DNA of 64,000 nucleotides from Octopus sinensis. Lineage: Eukaryota. Positions 39,111 to 53,139 of the stretch are shown here, piece by piece; position 1 is the first letter of the stretch; each line of letters starts with the position of its first letter. Under the pieces are notes generated by a model that ran no database searches, was not told the origin of the DNA, and saw only the letters and a list, made by a program, of their open reading frames with translations. The stretch is taken from positions 54,374,001 through 54,438,000 of the forward strand of contig NC_043002.1 of NCBI RefSeq assembly GCF_006345805.1. Direction: 5' to 3'. The translations under genes and the position numbers were made by a program.

Positions 39111-42100
39111 CTAATCAACGAAAAAACTTCTATGCAGTCGTTTAACCTGCTAAAAATAGTATTCAGTTGTCCACAAATGACACTCAGCCATCATAGAAAA
39201 TGATATGTTGGACATAATCCTGGGTTCTGTGAACACGAGTAAAAGACTGGTCACAACTGACATGCATTTGATCATCAGTCTGTTCCATCAGAACTGACCT
39301 GGGAATATGTCCATGGTAATCTGAAAAACTTATGAACTGAACAGAGAAGATAAATAACCATTACAATTCTCTTAATTTCAACCCTACCAAATGGCTAAGC
39401 AGTTTTTAAGGAGTAGCCCACTATACCTAGTTTTCTCACTGAACTTAAATTTCTGTACTTGAGATTCTATTAAACAAGCTTTAGACGAATATCATGTCCG
39501 TTTTCCATGCTGAGTTGTGGCTTGCTGAGTCCCTCATACAGCATATCACCACTTGTTTCAATCGTGTGTCATCTAATTTGTGAGGCCCAAAGATCTTTCT
39601 TCACTCTATCTCATAGCTAAGAAATCATTAATAGAAGTAACAGCAGTTTGCAAAATGATAAACTTGTTTCAATAGAAATATATATCATCAGCAGTTCCAC
39701 ATACTGGTATAAAATCTATATCCATAAGTAACAGTCATATTTGGTGAGATTTACTTGTAAATTAGTCTGGAATTACTTTGTTGGTATTTAATTAAATCTT
39801 AGTTATCATTTTGTGAAAAGCTCTGAGTTTTAGAATGTAATTCACTATATATAAATGCTTCTAAGTACCATAAAATATGCCTTTTGGAATAAATCATTAT
39901 GACTTAAGTCATTCTAACAACATAACCTACCCGACTATCTTGCCAGCTGTGCAACTACTATGTGTTATTACAACAGCAAAGCTAGTAGCAGAAGAATGCT
40001 AAACAGCCTTAGAAAAATACTGCAGTTCACTGTAGATACACTACAAATACAATATTGATTTACAAATTATTTCTGCTCGAGAATAAAATAACTGTACTCA
40101 AGAACAGTTTTGTATGAGTGTCAGGACATGGATTTGTTATAAACCAATAATACAACATCAACTGTTTTTAACATATAATGATATGAAAAAGACTGATAAC
40201 ACACAGAACCTGAAAGTAGTGTTGTTTTATTATTGATTGTTGCACTTCGGACATTTCAATTTGACATTGTCAGGCTTTTTATGAAGCTAATTATGAAAAT
40301 TTGCTAAAAAGAAGGCATGGGATTCACAAGACTTTACTCGATTTATAACAAAAAATGTAAATTTTTGAAAACTGGCTAGAAGGTAAGAATATCTAAATAT
40401 TTCTATGGTCTGTTTTATAGAATGTATAATTAACATTCTAAAATTGGAACATCATCATCATCGTTTAACGCCCGTTTTCCATGCTAGCACAGGTTGAACA
40501 ATCTTTGACATTTGAAAAATATATAGAATTTTAATTTTCATAAAATAATTTAAACATCTATTTTCTTCCTAAAATTATACAAGTAAAAATTTAAAATTAA
40601 AATAGTTTTTCCTTAGTTTATAATGTGATCAATTCATAATACATGACATTTCTTTTAGCCATCCTTTTTAGCATAAAATATTTGGCTGATCAATTTATAA
40701 GATTACTTTTATGTTTGTGTTACCAATCAAACATCGTATAATATTCTTGCATATTTAAATTAAAACCATAAGTAGGGAAAGTAAAATTTTGTATCAATCA
40801 ACACCATTTTCATGGAAAATATTAAAATGAGATATGAATGTCAGCAGTTGGAAAATGTATAAACATGGCAATTTCTTAATGTATGTATGTAAGGGGAAAA
40901 AAATGACAAGATAAGATCAATTAATTTACCAGCATCCATAAATCGCTATATGGGTGGTGACTAGCCTTAAAATCTGTTTTGTAAAAGACTTCATCCTGCT
41001 ACCTTGGCTAACTCTTATAAAAAAAAGTTGAGTAATTCAAGAGTTGAGGCTTACAAACCCTAAAATTTCTTATTCTCAAAATACAAACTGGTTCCAACAG
41101 TGCCTGAATTTGCAGAACCAACTAACTGACCACTTCCATCAACATCAAAGCTAATGAATTCTACTGAAGTTACATGATTATATTTACCACATTCTCAAGG
41201 TCATTTTTGAAATTCAAAATTTTATAAAGATAATGTTTCTAAAACCTTTCTCTTCTTAGGCAAAACAAGATATAGGAATTATATTTGTGAATATGAAGCA
41301 TAAAAAGAAAAAAATCCTAAGTCAATAGCAACCATGAATGCAACAAGCAACTGATTAGCCTACCTTTCCAAGCAACCTATGATTACAAAACGTGGATAAG
41401 TAACAACAAAAATGAAATGATTTGGAGATATTTAATGAAGTTAGACATTCTTTTCCATAAATAGCTATTGAGAATGATTTCTTCTGAGATACATAAATAT
41501 CTTTTATCAATGACAATATTTTCAACACTATCTGAAATTGTTGCTAAGAGAAAGCATAAATCTATTGCCTCCAGATGAAAAATTCTATCTCAATATGAAT
41601 TCTGTCCTTACCAGCTCAATCCGGTGGGATTAGTAGCATTGACATACATTCATTAACCTACATTATCTTTCATACCAAACAAGAAAAATCTTTGACCACA
41701 TTCTCCCAGCAGACCAACTTGCTAAATCCTTTACTCCAAAATACCATTAAATTCACAAAAATAAGATAGCATTTCAGTAGTAATCATGAAATAATGCAAT
41801 ATACATGCACACAACCAAAACAAATATGGAAATATATAACTGTATGACCAAATCCCACCAAAAAGGCTCTTGTGAAACACTAACTCTGTCAAAAACACTA
41901 TCACATTTCAGAAACATATGATCATACAGCTCATATTAACAAAGCTTTTTACAAATTATGCAAAATGTTATACCAAAAGAAGTGAAGCTTTCCCTTTGGT
42001 TGTACCAAATCTACTAATGCACACAAAATGCCCAGGACCTATCTTCTGAAATCTCAATATTTTGTCCCAACCATTATACACACCCACACACATAGCATAT

Positions 42101-43675
42101 TTGCAGTCTTTTATATTTACATTGTGTTCATCACTAATATTAATTTTTCTGCTAGATATACATTTATCAATGAAGGCCACTACCATTTCCTTCATTGAGA
42201 ATCTGGTGACATTTGACAGCATGTGAATTAAATAGAACAATTACTTTATGAAAAAGCTGTGTGTGCGTGCGCACACATGTACACACACACAGTTATATAA
42301 TCAACAATTACGTGTATTATACAAAAATTACCAATTGGTTCTGACTTGATGAATTGTTTACTCAGCTTTAAGTGTTGTAAGCATTCTTCAAAAATTCTAT
42401 TTACCAAAGATTAAATGTTAAAGAAATCACTATAATATATAGAAACACTACAGGTCAAATGTAAGTAACTTTACACCGAAATATTTATAGTAAACCTTCA
42501 AACAGTAATAAGAATTGTACCAAAGCTAATCTTAAATTTCCGTAAGTAAACAACACAATTTCAATTTACTCAAATTGAATTTTAGTCTTCATGAAGTTTT
42601 TTTTAAAATTGCTATTTAAAAAAAAATATTGTTAACAAACAGTACAAGTGGCAAAATTTGTTAGGCTATCAGCACTATCCTCATCAAGAAATTCAATTAA
42701 CAATAAATGACCCAGTTCATTTAAAGAAGTGACACAAGGTAGAATTTTCCACTTTAGGAGAAAGCAATAAATAAAATATAGTTTTTCATAAGACGGGCAA
42801 TTCCAAGTTCAGAGGTTATCATGGAATGTGGGTGGTGGTAATAACCTGTTATAGACTGGTAAATCTATTTGCTTAATGTGGCAAAGACTTCGGTGAGCTC
42901 CAACACAAGATGTTCCTCTAGAACAAGTAGTGCACAAAAGAATATGCAGTGGAATTAGATCCAAACAACACAAAGCATTTCTGGTAGCCTACTTTTCTCA
43001 AATGGTTACTAGAAGACAAATGGAGTCTGCAGACAAATGAAAGTCTTCATAGACACTGGCCACTGAAACCAAACTGACATTGTACCTAATTGAAATTTTT
43101 GCAGAGATAATAGGGGGAGGGAGGAACCTTGGTCTTTCCTCAACCAGCACTTATTCCAAATTGCTTGCAGAAATTTATTTCATGAAATTAAACCTTTCTC
43201 TGAAGAAGTTCATCCTAAATATCAGCTGTCTTATCCATTGCTCCAGTCTAAAAAGAATCTTTAAACTTTCCTAGCTTTCACATTTTAGACTATATTTGCT
43301 AGATTTTTTCTTAAATTAGGTTTGAGTTTTGAACAGTGTTCATACCTCAGCAACCATACTTTTTAAATGGTTTATTCTTCCCTATTTTTCAGTCCAAAAC
43401 AGTATCTTGACAAAGAAACTCACCTTACCAGCAACATCTATATTTCATTTTTCCTATTATGATATGCTCTTTCAAATGAAATACATCTGTGACCATATCA
43501 AATCTAGTGAAGTATCACATATGCACTAGACAATGTGTGACCAGAGTAAAAGTTTGTGAGTAGATAGACTTCTTAATACCAAGCAACTTATAGATTCAAA
43601 GCAACCCCAAATCAAAAACTAGTTTTAAGAGTACTTATCTGCTATTATCCATAAATACTACTTTCTACAAATAGG

Positions 43676-44065
43676 TAGGTGCAGGTATGGTAGTGTGGTT
43701 AAGAAGCTTGCTTCCCAACCATGTTATCTTGGGTTCAGTCCCTGCATGGAACCTTGGGCAAGTGTCTTCTGCTATGGCCCTGGGCTGACCAAAGCCTTTT
43801 GTGTAGATTTGGTAAATGAGAATTGAAAGAAGCTCTTTTTGTGTGTGCATGTATATCCTTGACTAGACATCATAGTTGCATGAGATCACTGTCAATCAGG
43901 ATTGTTCATTTTCAGCCTTCCAGGATAAATGTCTAGCTATGGGGGGAAATATTACCTTGCTTGGAAACAGATGGGGGCTGGTGACAGGAAGGGAATCCAG
44001 TCATAGAAAATCTGCCTCAATAAATTCTGTCCGATTCAAGCATAAAAAAATGGACATTAAATTAA
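43676..44065 (+). repeat. Full-length tRNA-headed SINE
   Basis: gcaggtatggtagtgtggttaagaagcttgcttcccaacc..gggttcagtccc (A/B-box-like), ccttgggcaagtgtcttct, and an RTE-type tail. Confidence 0.85.
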
Positions 44066-44589
44066 ATGTGGTGTTCTTTAAAACATCTCCATTTATGAAT
44101 GTTGACATTCTTCGATAGAATAGCAACCTCATGACCACTTTCAATTCTAAGCTTAACCTTTAGTATTGATAATTCATATTAGATCTGAAATGTCTGATAG
44201 TATTGCAGAGCTGAAAATTAAAGCAAAAACTAGATCTGCAATATTACAATTAGATCAAAAATATCTGAGAAGAAATTAATCAAAATAGAATTTTTCTCTC
44301 AGTCATTAATACCAGGTTAGCCCCAATAAAAAAATAGAAATAAAAAGCTGTATATCTCCTGATTAATTTACCCAACATGTCACTCTTTGTTCCTTTTTAT
44401 GGCAGGGTATGAGCTAAGATTTGACTGCTATTTCTAATAGGTTGTGTTACCTTGTAAAGCCTCCGTCATTGATTTGTTCTTTCTGCATTGGGGGTGAACT
44501 TTAAACTTAATTCCATATACTGGCACATACAATATATTACTTGTATAATGCTTTTCAATATCTGCATTATTGTCAACAGACAATCCATA

Positions 44590-44795
44590 TCATCATTATC
44601 ATTTAGCATCCATTCTCCATGCTGGCATGGGTTGGACGATTTGACAGGAGCTGGTCAGCTGGAGAGCTACCCAAGCTCTATTTTGTCTGTTTTGGCATGA
44701 TTTCTACAGCTGGATGCCCTTCCTGATGCCAACAACTATACAGAGTGAACTGGATGCTTTTAACATTGTGCCAGAATGGGTGCTTTTATGTGGTA
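44590..44795 (-). repeat. SINE/RTE tail
   Basis: catcattatcattt..ccatgctggcatgggttggacg..tttgacaggagctgg..ctggatgcccttcct. Confidence 0.85.
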
Positions 44796-45985
44796 AAATT
44801 GTTAAATGAAATGGTGAATAAATACTGAATAAGAATTGCAATATATGATATAATTATTTCAAGCCACTACTAAATATATACAGAACATGACACTAGACCT
44901 ACACCAAAAAGTTGATAATTTTTGAAAAATCTATAAACAATGGAAGAAAAACTGAAGTCTTTTATTAAAAGGCTACCAGCACTAACATTTTCAAGTACTG
45001 ATAATTACATGAAGAAAATGTTTAACTTAATAACATTTAGGCAAATTAAAGGATTTATTTTTATTTAAATAAAGATTTAATGAAATGATATTTAAAAGTC
45101 AATTCACTTGGAAAGTGACAGCTTTGATAAACATTCAAAAAGCATTGCCCTTCAGCATTTAAAGCAGCAACAATAAAAAAACTGAAGGCTGATAAAATAA
45201 TGAATACAAATATTCAAAACATTATTGCTGAATGAAATAACAAAAATAGATAAGACAAAAAAAAATCAATATGGCAATTATACATGATTCCAATAAGAAA
45301 AACATTTTCAAATTTATAATCCTCAATTTAAAAGTTGCATTCTATTTATTTGTTCAGTCTTAAGATACTAATAGTGGCTGTCATCTCTGATACGTATTCC
45401 TGCAGCAACTTTATTATTCAGCTATCTATAATTATATTATCTACTGCACTCTTCCTTAAGGCAAAGGTATATAATTTTAGGGAAATTTATTTTTTCTGGC
45501 ATGTCAAATGATCACAGAGAGGTTCCCTCTTTAAGATACCTGGTTCATCATAATAACAAAATAAACATCCTTAAAAGATCAATTTGTGCTAGAATTGAAA
45601 ACTTTTGTTCAGTCAATAATTCACATTTAATATTAAGCTGATGAAAATGGCGAATCTTGAAACCATAGTACTAATGAAACTAGAAAGCTTAATTTTAATG
45701 CACCTTATAATAATATGCACTGCTCATAGCATAACTTTATATTGCATGTGCAAATTCTGATTCTTCAATCTCATTACAAAATAATAAATCATAATACTAT
45801 CAAGAGCTTTGTTGTATGTTATTGTGAGAAGTCCCAGATTTCTAATTCTAATTTGGAACCACATTCTTTATGCAATTAAAGCCTTTGGGAAATATGAAAG
45901 CTCTGAACATTCATTTTTGTCTCTAAAAATATGAAACATTTAAATCAAACACTTTTTCTTGGCAATAACATATGAAACTACAATA

Positions 45986-46023
45986 CTACAGTCCTCTGCT
46001 CTACCAACTAAGCTATTGCAAGG
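45986..46023 (-). pseudogene. tRNA-Tyr(GTA) 5'-half pseudogene
   Basis: Reverse complement CCTTGCAATAGCTTAGTTGGTAGAGCAGAGGACTGTAG versus metazoan tRNA-Tyr CCTTCGATAGCTCAGTTGGTAGAGCGGAGGACTGTAG. The 3' half (T-arm/B box) is not recognisable. Confidence 0.8.
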
Positions 46024-46235
46024 TGAGCTGAAAGAATAATTTTGAGTAATGGGAAAATGCTTTGTGGTATTTCTACTGACTCTTTGTATTCAGAGTTAAT
46101 CTTGACAAGGTCAACCTTGCCTTTCATTCTCAGTGTTCATAAAATAGAGCATCAGTCACATACTGGAGTCAATGGTATCAACTAATCCCCTCCTGTGAAA
46201 ATTGATAGCTTTAGGCCTAAATTAGAAACCATTCA
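46022..46235 (+). repeat. tRNA-headed SINE abutting the tRNA-Tyr relic head-to-head
   Basis: ggtgagctg..aaggtcaaccttgcctttcattc..aaattagaaaccatt, the same family as 31919-32110. Confidence 0.75.
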
Positions 46236-46334
46236 TATTTGTAATAAGGCAAGCATTTAATTTTGTCAAATTCTACTAGAATTCACTTAGTTTTCTTATT
46301 CCATTAAGATAATAAATGCAATGTTCTTTGATTC

Positions 46335-46750
46335 TCAACTGTGTACCATCATTTAATGACCACTTTTCCATGCTTGCAAGAGTTAGAATTTGTTGAGGTA
46401 GATTTTCTATAGCTGGATGCTCTTCCATGTAATCAATCTTCACCAGTTTTCAAACGAGGTAATATATTCTCACAGCAAGACAGGATTCCACAAAAGACTG
46501 GGAATAAAACCTCATATCATAAGAATACTCATTTACAACCATCACATGATGTCTAGACAAGAGTATACAATAACATATGACAGGTTGCTTGCAGTTTCTG
46601 TCTACCAACTCTACTCATAAGGATTTAATTGGCCCTGGAGCTATAGTAAAAGACATATGCCCAAAGGGCAGAGTAGAGAGACTGAATGCTAGACTACTTG
46701 GTTGAAATGCAAGCTTAACTACACAACCACACACACACACACACACACAC
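46335..46750 (-). repeat. SINE fragments ending in (CA)n
   Basis: Tail and head motifs of the recurring families. Confidence 0.7.
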
Positions 46751-49700
46751 ATGTTCTCTACAAATTTAGAGTCAATGCACTGAATATTCATTTACAATAA
46801 CAATGAAAATCTAAACATTATGAAATAAAACTGATCAGTTAATAGAAGATCAAGCCTATACATGCTGAATGATGTTTAATTGCTGCCATAATACACAAGC
46901 ACCTCTCACCACCACCACACAAAACCTTTTGATATATTTCTCTTAATAGGTACATGAATGGCTGTGTGGATTAAAGAGGTTCATTTTCCAACCACTTGAT
47001 TTCAAGTATGATTTCTGCACGGCAACATGGGCAAATGTTCCCATATAGCTTTGGGCTGATGACTGTCTTATGAATAATTTGGTAGATGGAAAACTATGGA
47101 AGCCCACTGAATATGTGTATACGTCTGTGTTTGTGCATCTATATCTATTTGCCTTCACACTGACGTCACTAGACGAGCAATGATATTTTACGTCCCATAC
47201 AAACAATATGTCCAACATCTAGGGGTTCAGTATGTAAAAGGAATAAAGAGCCTATTTGAAAGCAAAAAATGGTATCAGGATGGCCATCTGGCAGCAGAAT
47301 ACTACCTCAGAATGTCTCATCTAACTAATACCAATACAGAAAAAACAAAAATTGATGATGATGATGATCAACACTAAATCTTAACTGCACTCTGTAGCAC
47401 TTCATTTTCTTTTAGCTTATTACTACCCAAGTAGCAACTTAGAAGTACTACTCACAGTTGTTTTCGTCTAGTTTCTACAAACGAATGCACCATATGTACA
47501 TTTATTAATTTGGACTGTTTTGATCATCTAGAGGAACAAAGTAAGTTTTAGCTTTTAAGCTCTTTGTTCTACACTATCAATGTTTTACCAATGGGGTAGA
47601 TTATGGCTTGCTACACAACTTTTTCTTTTTTGAAAAATGACAAATAAAAGCAGAAACCAATTGAATTAGTGGTTGAAGAACCAAATCAGTTTCATAATCT
47701 TGAGATCAATAAACCATCAATGCAATTATATTTGTTAAATTTCAAATAAAAGACTTTATTATATATATTAAGTAGAAAAATACATAAACAAGATACATAA
47801 AAAAATGAGAGAGTCGTGTCAAAAGCAAATCTATTTGGAGCCAATTGTCAGCATAGAAGTGTTAAGCGAAGATAATATATTACTCACAAATATTGATTTA
47901 ATATTAATAACATCTGGCTATATAATTCTGTTGAAAGAGAACCAATAGAAACTTTTGAAATCTGAATTACAATTGGGGAAAATGTTAGCACTATTAAATA
48001 ATATCAGATTTAACATTTAGCTCCAAGCTCTTGACAATTCACAAAATAGTATCACAACTCTGTTCAAAATATATGATGTAGATATCACCTTACTATCATT
48101 GACTGATGCCAAAACAGTTGAATTCAAAAACATAAGACAATTTCTGTTTTTCTTTTAGTTTATATCTCTACTTTTGTTGTTACTCATAATTCAAAGATGT
48201 TTGAAAAGTAAAAATGATTGAGTTTATTTATAGAATACAGGTTTAGAAAATCAGATTTCTAAGTTGAGAAAAATTTACGTCTGTAAAATACTTATTTTTT
48301 TTTTAAATGAATAATTCATTCCAATCCATTCTCCTCAGCGTACATGATAAAAAAATTAGTGTATATAATAAAGAATTCATTTCCTGTTGTTTTCAAAGCT
48401 GGCTTTGATCTAGCTAAGAGATCCATATAGTCACAACTATCCACATCTGTTTATTGCTTGTTTGCATCATTAAGCTATATAGCTGTGAGACATGTACAAT
48501 GAGTGGTGACTTGCACAAGCTTGAAGTATCTTACTACTGCTGTCACTAAATCTTGTGTGTTCATGCTTTGGATTGTATCACACTCCAAAAATGGCGCCTT
48601 TGTTAGTTTTTAGTTGTGCAATCCATCTTCATGAGAGCAAACTCAACCATGCTAGGCCTCTCTAGAGATGGTGTAAATGATGAGGTGAACAACTGAAAAT
48701 CCAGATTAGTACAAAGAAGTGGGATCTTGAAGTAATAACGGGTTTTTGCATATATGACATATGTTGGGACTATAACTGGGTGATCTAATGCATAAAACAT
48801 CTGAGACTGCCAGGTGAAACTGACTTTTGTACATGACGTGGATTTACAAGTTGAACTGGTTCAACTGGTCCCAAGTCACCACTGATACAGTAAATACACT
48901 GTACATGGCCCAAACTTTTTTGTTTTTATTATTTTATCAAGTCAGGTCACTCGGTCAATGCCTAAACTTTCTGAAAAGCACTTTTCAGCTAGAGTATGAG
49001 TTTGACTGCATTTGTAAAGTACCAAAACAATTTGGTGCAATTTGGACTATGTGGCTTAGAATTAGTTATTAAGAGTTAAGTAAAGCAACTAGGTGCAAAT
49101 TAAGAGAAAAAATTGTTATTTAAGTATGACATAATTTTGACAAGTTGATATAGAGATTTAAACCTAATTTTGCAAACCTATAAGACACGTTGAAAGTCAT
49201 CTGAACATTAACAGTGCCATTAACTATCAAAAGCAAAGTCAAGTAAGAACTTGCATTTGCAAAGAAATATTCCATTTCACTTTATTAAAATCATTAAATC
49301 TTTCAATACTTCAGGTTGCTCAGTATGCTAACAGTAACAGACAAATCACATCTTATCTTAAAGAAAGGACATTAAAGTGATTCTACAAACCACTAAAATA
49401 GATGAGATGGTCATGGTTGGAATGCTTTTGATCATATGTCTACTTGCTTAAGCCTAATTGCATAATTTTCTTTTTACTACTACAAATGATATTTCCCTCT
49501 TAGAACAACCACAAAAAAAAAAAAGTATAAGGAATAGTTAATTGACATGAAATCACTCCTGTCAAATCTTTTTAATTTTATGCTGATGAGAAAACAAGAA
49601 CAAGTTTTAGAAGAATATAACTGAGTTGATGAAAAATTTTAAAGCGAGAATGATAGATGATAAAATGAAGGATTCAGAAGAGCAATAACCTAGATAATAA

Positions 49701-51754
49701 TGGCAGAGGTAAAGATAAGATACAGATCCAAGTCATCAAAGATCAGGATTAATTTGTAAAACTGGGATAGCATATTAGCCTGCTTTCTTTTAAATACAAA
49801 ATTTATATTTTGTTGATTATGACAAAGAGTTTTCTAATTAGGGGAAAATATAAACCATATTTTGCAAAAAACAAAAAAAGACCAAAAAACTGTACAAGTG
49901 CAAGGAGCATAATGAAAACAATAGATAAGAACAACAAAAAGTACAATACTGAAAAATAACTACAGTTTAAAACTTCTGATGTGTTACATATCATGAAGCT
50001 ATAAAGTGGAAATTTGGCTTTAGTAGTAGAATAATTCTACTACTTAGGCCAAATTGTAGCAGATGAGAGAAACTCAGTAATTTTCTTTTCATACAAAATA
50101 GCAAACTAAACTAAATTTAGCTAGTTACTCAAAGTCCCTAGATACTGACATTGAGGATAACAGTTTGGGATAAAAAAAATAAAAAAAAAGGACTGTGTTC
50201 AATTTTTTTTTGGTTTTCATCTTGCATGTTCTCCAAAAATGGAGAGAGATCTTCATATCAGACTGAAAATTTGAATGATTGCAACAGAATGGAGTTTACT
50301 GAAGGCACTCAAAGACAAGTGACTCTGTTCAATTAGGCAATGGGTTAGATCCATCACCAAAGAACAGATACATTTCATTTGATAGGCTACTGTACAGATT
50401 TTGCCCACACTATTTTACTCATAAGGCTTGACTGAACCCGAGGATAGAATAGAAGACACCATACTGGAAATGAACTTAAAACCATGTGAATGTGAACAGG
50501 CCTTACAGATATGCCCAGTGTGTGAATTTATAAAATTAGATTGAAAAAACTGCAAAATACCAAAGAATTAAGGAAAGTGATGGTCACAGAAAACCAAATA
50601 TGTGCTGTGAGTCACTTAAAAGCTGGTCATTAGTAACAAAAGAAGTCGAGTTCAAAGAAGATATGGCGTAAAAGAAAAAAAAGTACAAACCACAAGGTTA
50701 AGATTAAATGAGGAAATATGAGGAGGGAAAAAGTAATGTCAAGAGCTAGTTGACTAAGTTCATCCAGCCTATGAAACCAATGATTATGTTGAACATACAT
50801 AATTAGTTCAATTATATATTTGGTATTAACTCAAACTATGCCATATCCTAAAGCATGAGAATTAAGTAAAAACAATCCTAGTGCCAAAGGATTTACCTAA
50901 AATATTACAAAGACTTCAAATACTGATAAAAGCATTGGCATAACATTAGTAAATGGTTAATTTATTTATAAATTTTTAACCATCAATTTTTATAAAATCT
51001 ATTGTGAAGCTGCAGCAGCTCAGTTTTGCTTCAAATGGCAAGACATGCCATTTATATTGGCTCAGATGATTATGTATCTCATACAGAATTAAAATATTAA
51101 TTTGAAAAGATAACTCCATATGTTGAGAGAATAGCATACTAATTATCAATGTTCTCTATATGTTATTGAGATTCAACCAAAAATATTAACTGTTTCTTTT
51201 TAAAGATATACTTTACAAGCAGTCACAGAGGACCAGTTTTAATTTAGAAACTGTTCATCTTGAATTTAACTTAGCTGTTTTTACAATATCAAATACTTAA
51301 CATTCTTTGCCATTCCCACTAAATTTGAACATTATCTACTATAGCAATACAAAGAGTTGTATTCATATACATGTACTCATTTTTAAAATGTGTGACAGCT
51401 GAAATATCTAAGTAAATAAAAAAGTTATATCCCAAACTTAGTAATTAGATGAAAAAATGACGTTTTGGTCTACAAAAAAAGTACCCAAGTGAAAGAAAAC
51501 AGCAATACTTTATAAAACATTTAACACAAACTGAGATTTAATAGTATTTATTAAAATTCTGATAGAAACCTCATTTTCAGACATAACAGCATGGATGTAT
51601 TAAGAATTTTAATTTTTCTGTGAATATCAAGCTATAAAAGAAGTGTTGAAACAAAAGTAAAATCTAGAAACTTTGGCAAATATCCATGTAGAAGAAATCA
51701 TGAGAATGCAAATGCTTAGCTATCAAATACCATAAACTCACACCAGATCTGATG

Positions 51755-52400
51755 TGGGGGCATGTACTGCTACAGTGCATTGCTGAGTTCCCATGTTGGT
51801 ATATTCCTAGGTCCTCCTGTGCAACCAACTGAACAGAGTTTCAGCCAGTCCTCATCTGCTGTGACCGTATGGCATTTGGTTGACCAATACAAGCAGTCAA
51901 CCCAGCTGGATCCTCAGTGAAGAGGATACAGTCAGCAGTGTCTAACTCAGAAAATCAAACAACATGGCAAAACAGTGAGCTGGTGCTCCTCAATCATACA
52001 AGTAACAGGATGCATCCTAATTTCAGAGTAGGGTTATCATTTGGATACAAAATCTGACCAATGGTAACCCATAATTATATGAAGCATTCTGGTGCCAAAG
52101 ATACCATCAAATCAATAAGACTAAATATTGCCACTGGATATAATTGTAGGAAACATTACCTAAGTTCCACCAGACAAAAGGCCAGTTATTGGCATTCTTT
52201 AGTCATTGGACTGTGGTTATGCTGGGGCACTAATATTAAATCATTATATAAACAGAAAGACAAAGTATCCAGTCCAAAGGCAATGCAATAACTGTTGTAT
52301 CTTATCCATTCGACCATTGTACTAGTTATACGAGTGAGATTAGAATGTAGGATTTTAAACTGTTTTTGAAAATAATATCTTGAGTAGGGCATGTTCAGTC
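51755..52400 (+). mobile_element. Probable 5' end of an RTE-like LINE (structured 5'UTR + start of APE endonuclease)
   Basis: A GC-rich structured leader is followed by RLNIATGYNCRK..VIGL..W (52118-52230), resembling the APE start IATWNVR..ILGL.E.RW. Confidence 0.55.
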
Positions 52401-53139
52401 TTGTTTGATAATCCTTTATCATAACAAATACGATTAGTGTTGCTTTATATTAACCACCACCAATTCCTAATGAGAGTGTGGCTAACTTTTTACAGAAATG
52501 CATAGAAAACATTTTAATAGGAACAGTTTTAGAATCTGGATCAGGAGTTGAAGAGAAACTGCATCAGGCTGCTATTTGGCGATGCTACGAGTTCTCATAG
52601 GTGTTTGAAGCAAGAAATAAATTCTTTTTCATCTGAATCCATTGGTTAGAAACATAATTACATTTTACAAAATTCAATTTCTCATAAAATATCAATGCCT
52701 AGAGTTAACCACTTGAAAAATATATTTCCTGAATTGGATGATAAAATAAATTATGAACAAAGTTGATAAAAACCTTTGAAGGCTGTGCCTCCGTATAGCT
52801 GCAGTCCAATAACTGACACCAGCGCATACACACACAATGAGAGAAGAAACAAAACAAAAAAGAATACATTTCTTTTACTTTTGATTCTGAAAACTATTTC
52901 TAAAGCCAACAACTAATTAACCTTTTGGATCAAACTGAAATGTTATCTGTTATATAAGACAGAAAAGCTAACAACAGTTCAAGTTGTTTTAGACAGCTAT
53001 AAGTAAAACTGTGGCTTTAAAGCAGCATACAATATTTTGGGATACCATATGACTGCAAGTTCGCCATAAAAAAAAAGTTCTTTTTTTAAATAGATATTTT
53101 CATGCAACACAAATCGAAGTGAGAAATCTCAAATATTCA

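Noticed and set aside
42790-43260. GC-richer stretch with a TPR-like EYAVELDPNN phrase
   Set aside because: It is surrounded by stops with no further motif, so it is more likely an unclassified decayed repeat.
51833-51858. Hammerhead-like cagatgagg..ctgaaac on the minus strand
   Set aside because: The core reads CAGATGA rather than CTGATGA and stem I does not pair. It is the complement of the HDV-like P2/P3/L3, and the downstream ORF remnant points to the plus strand.
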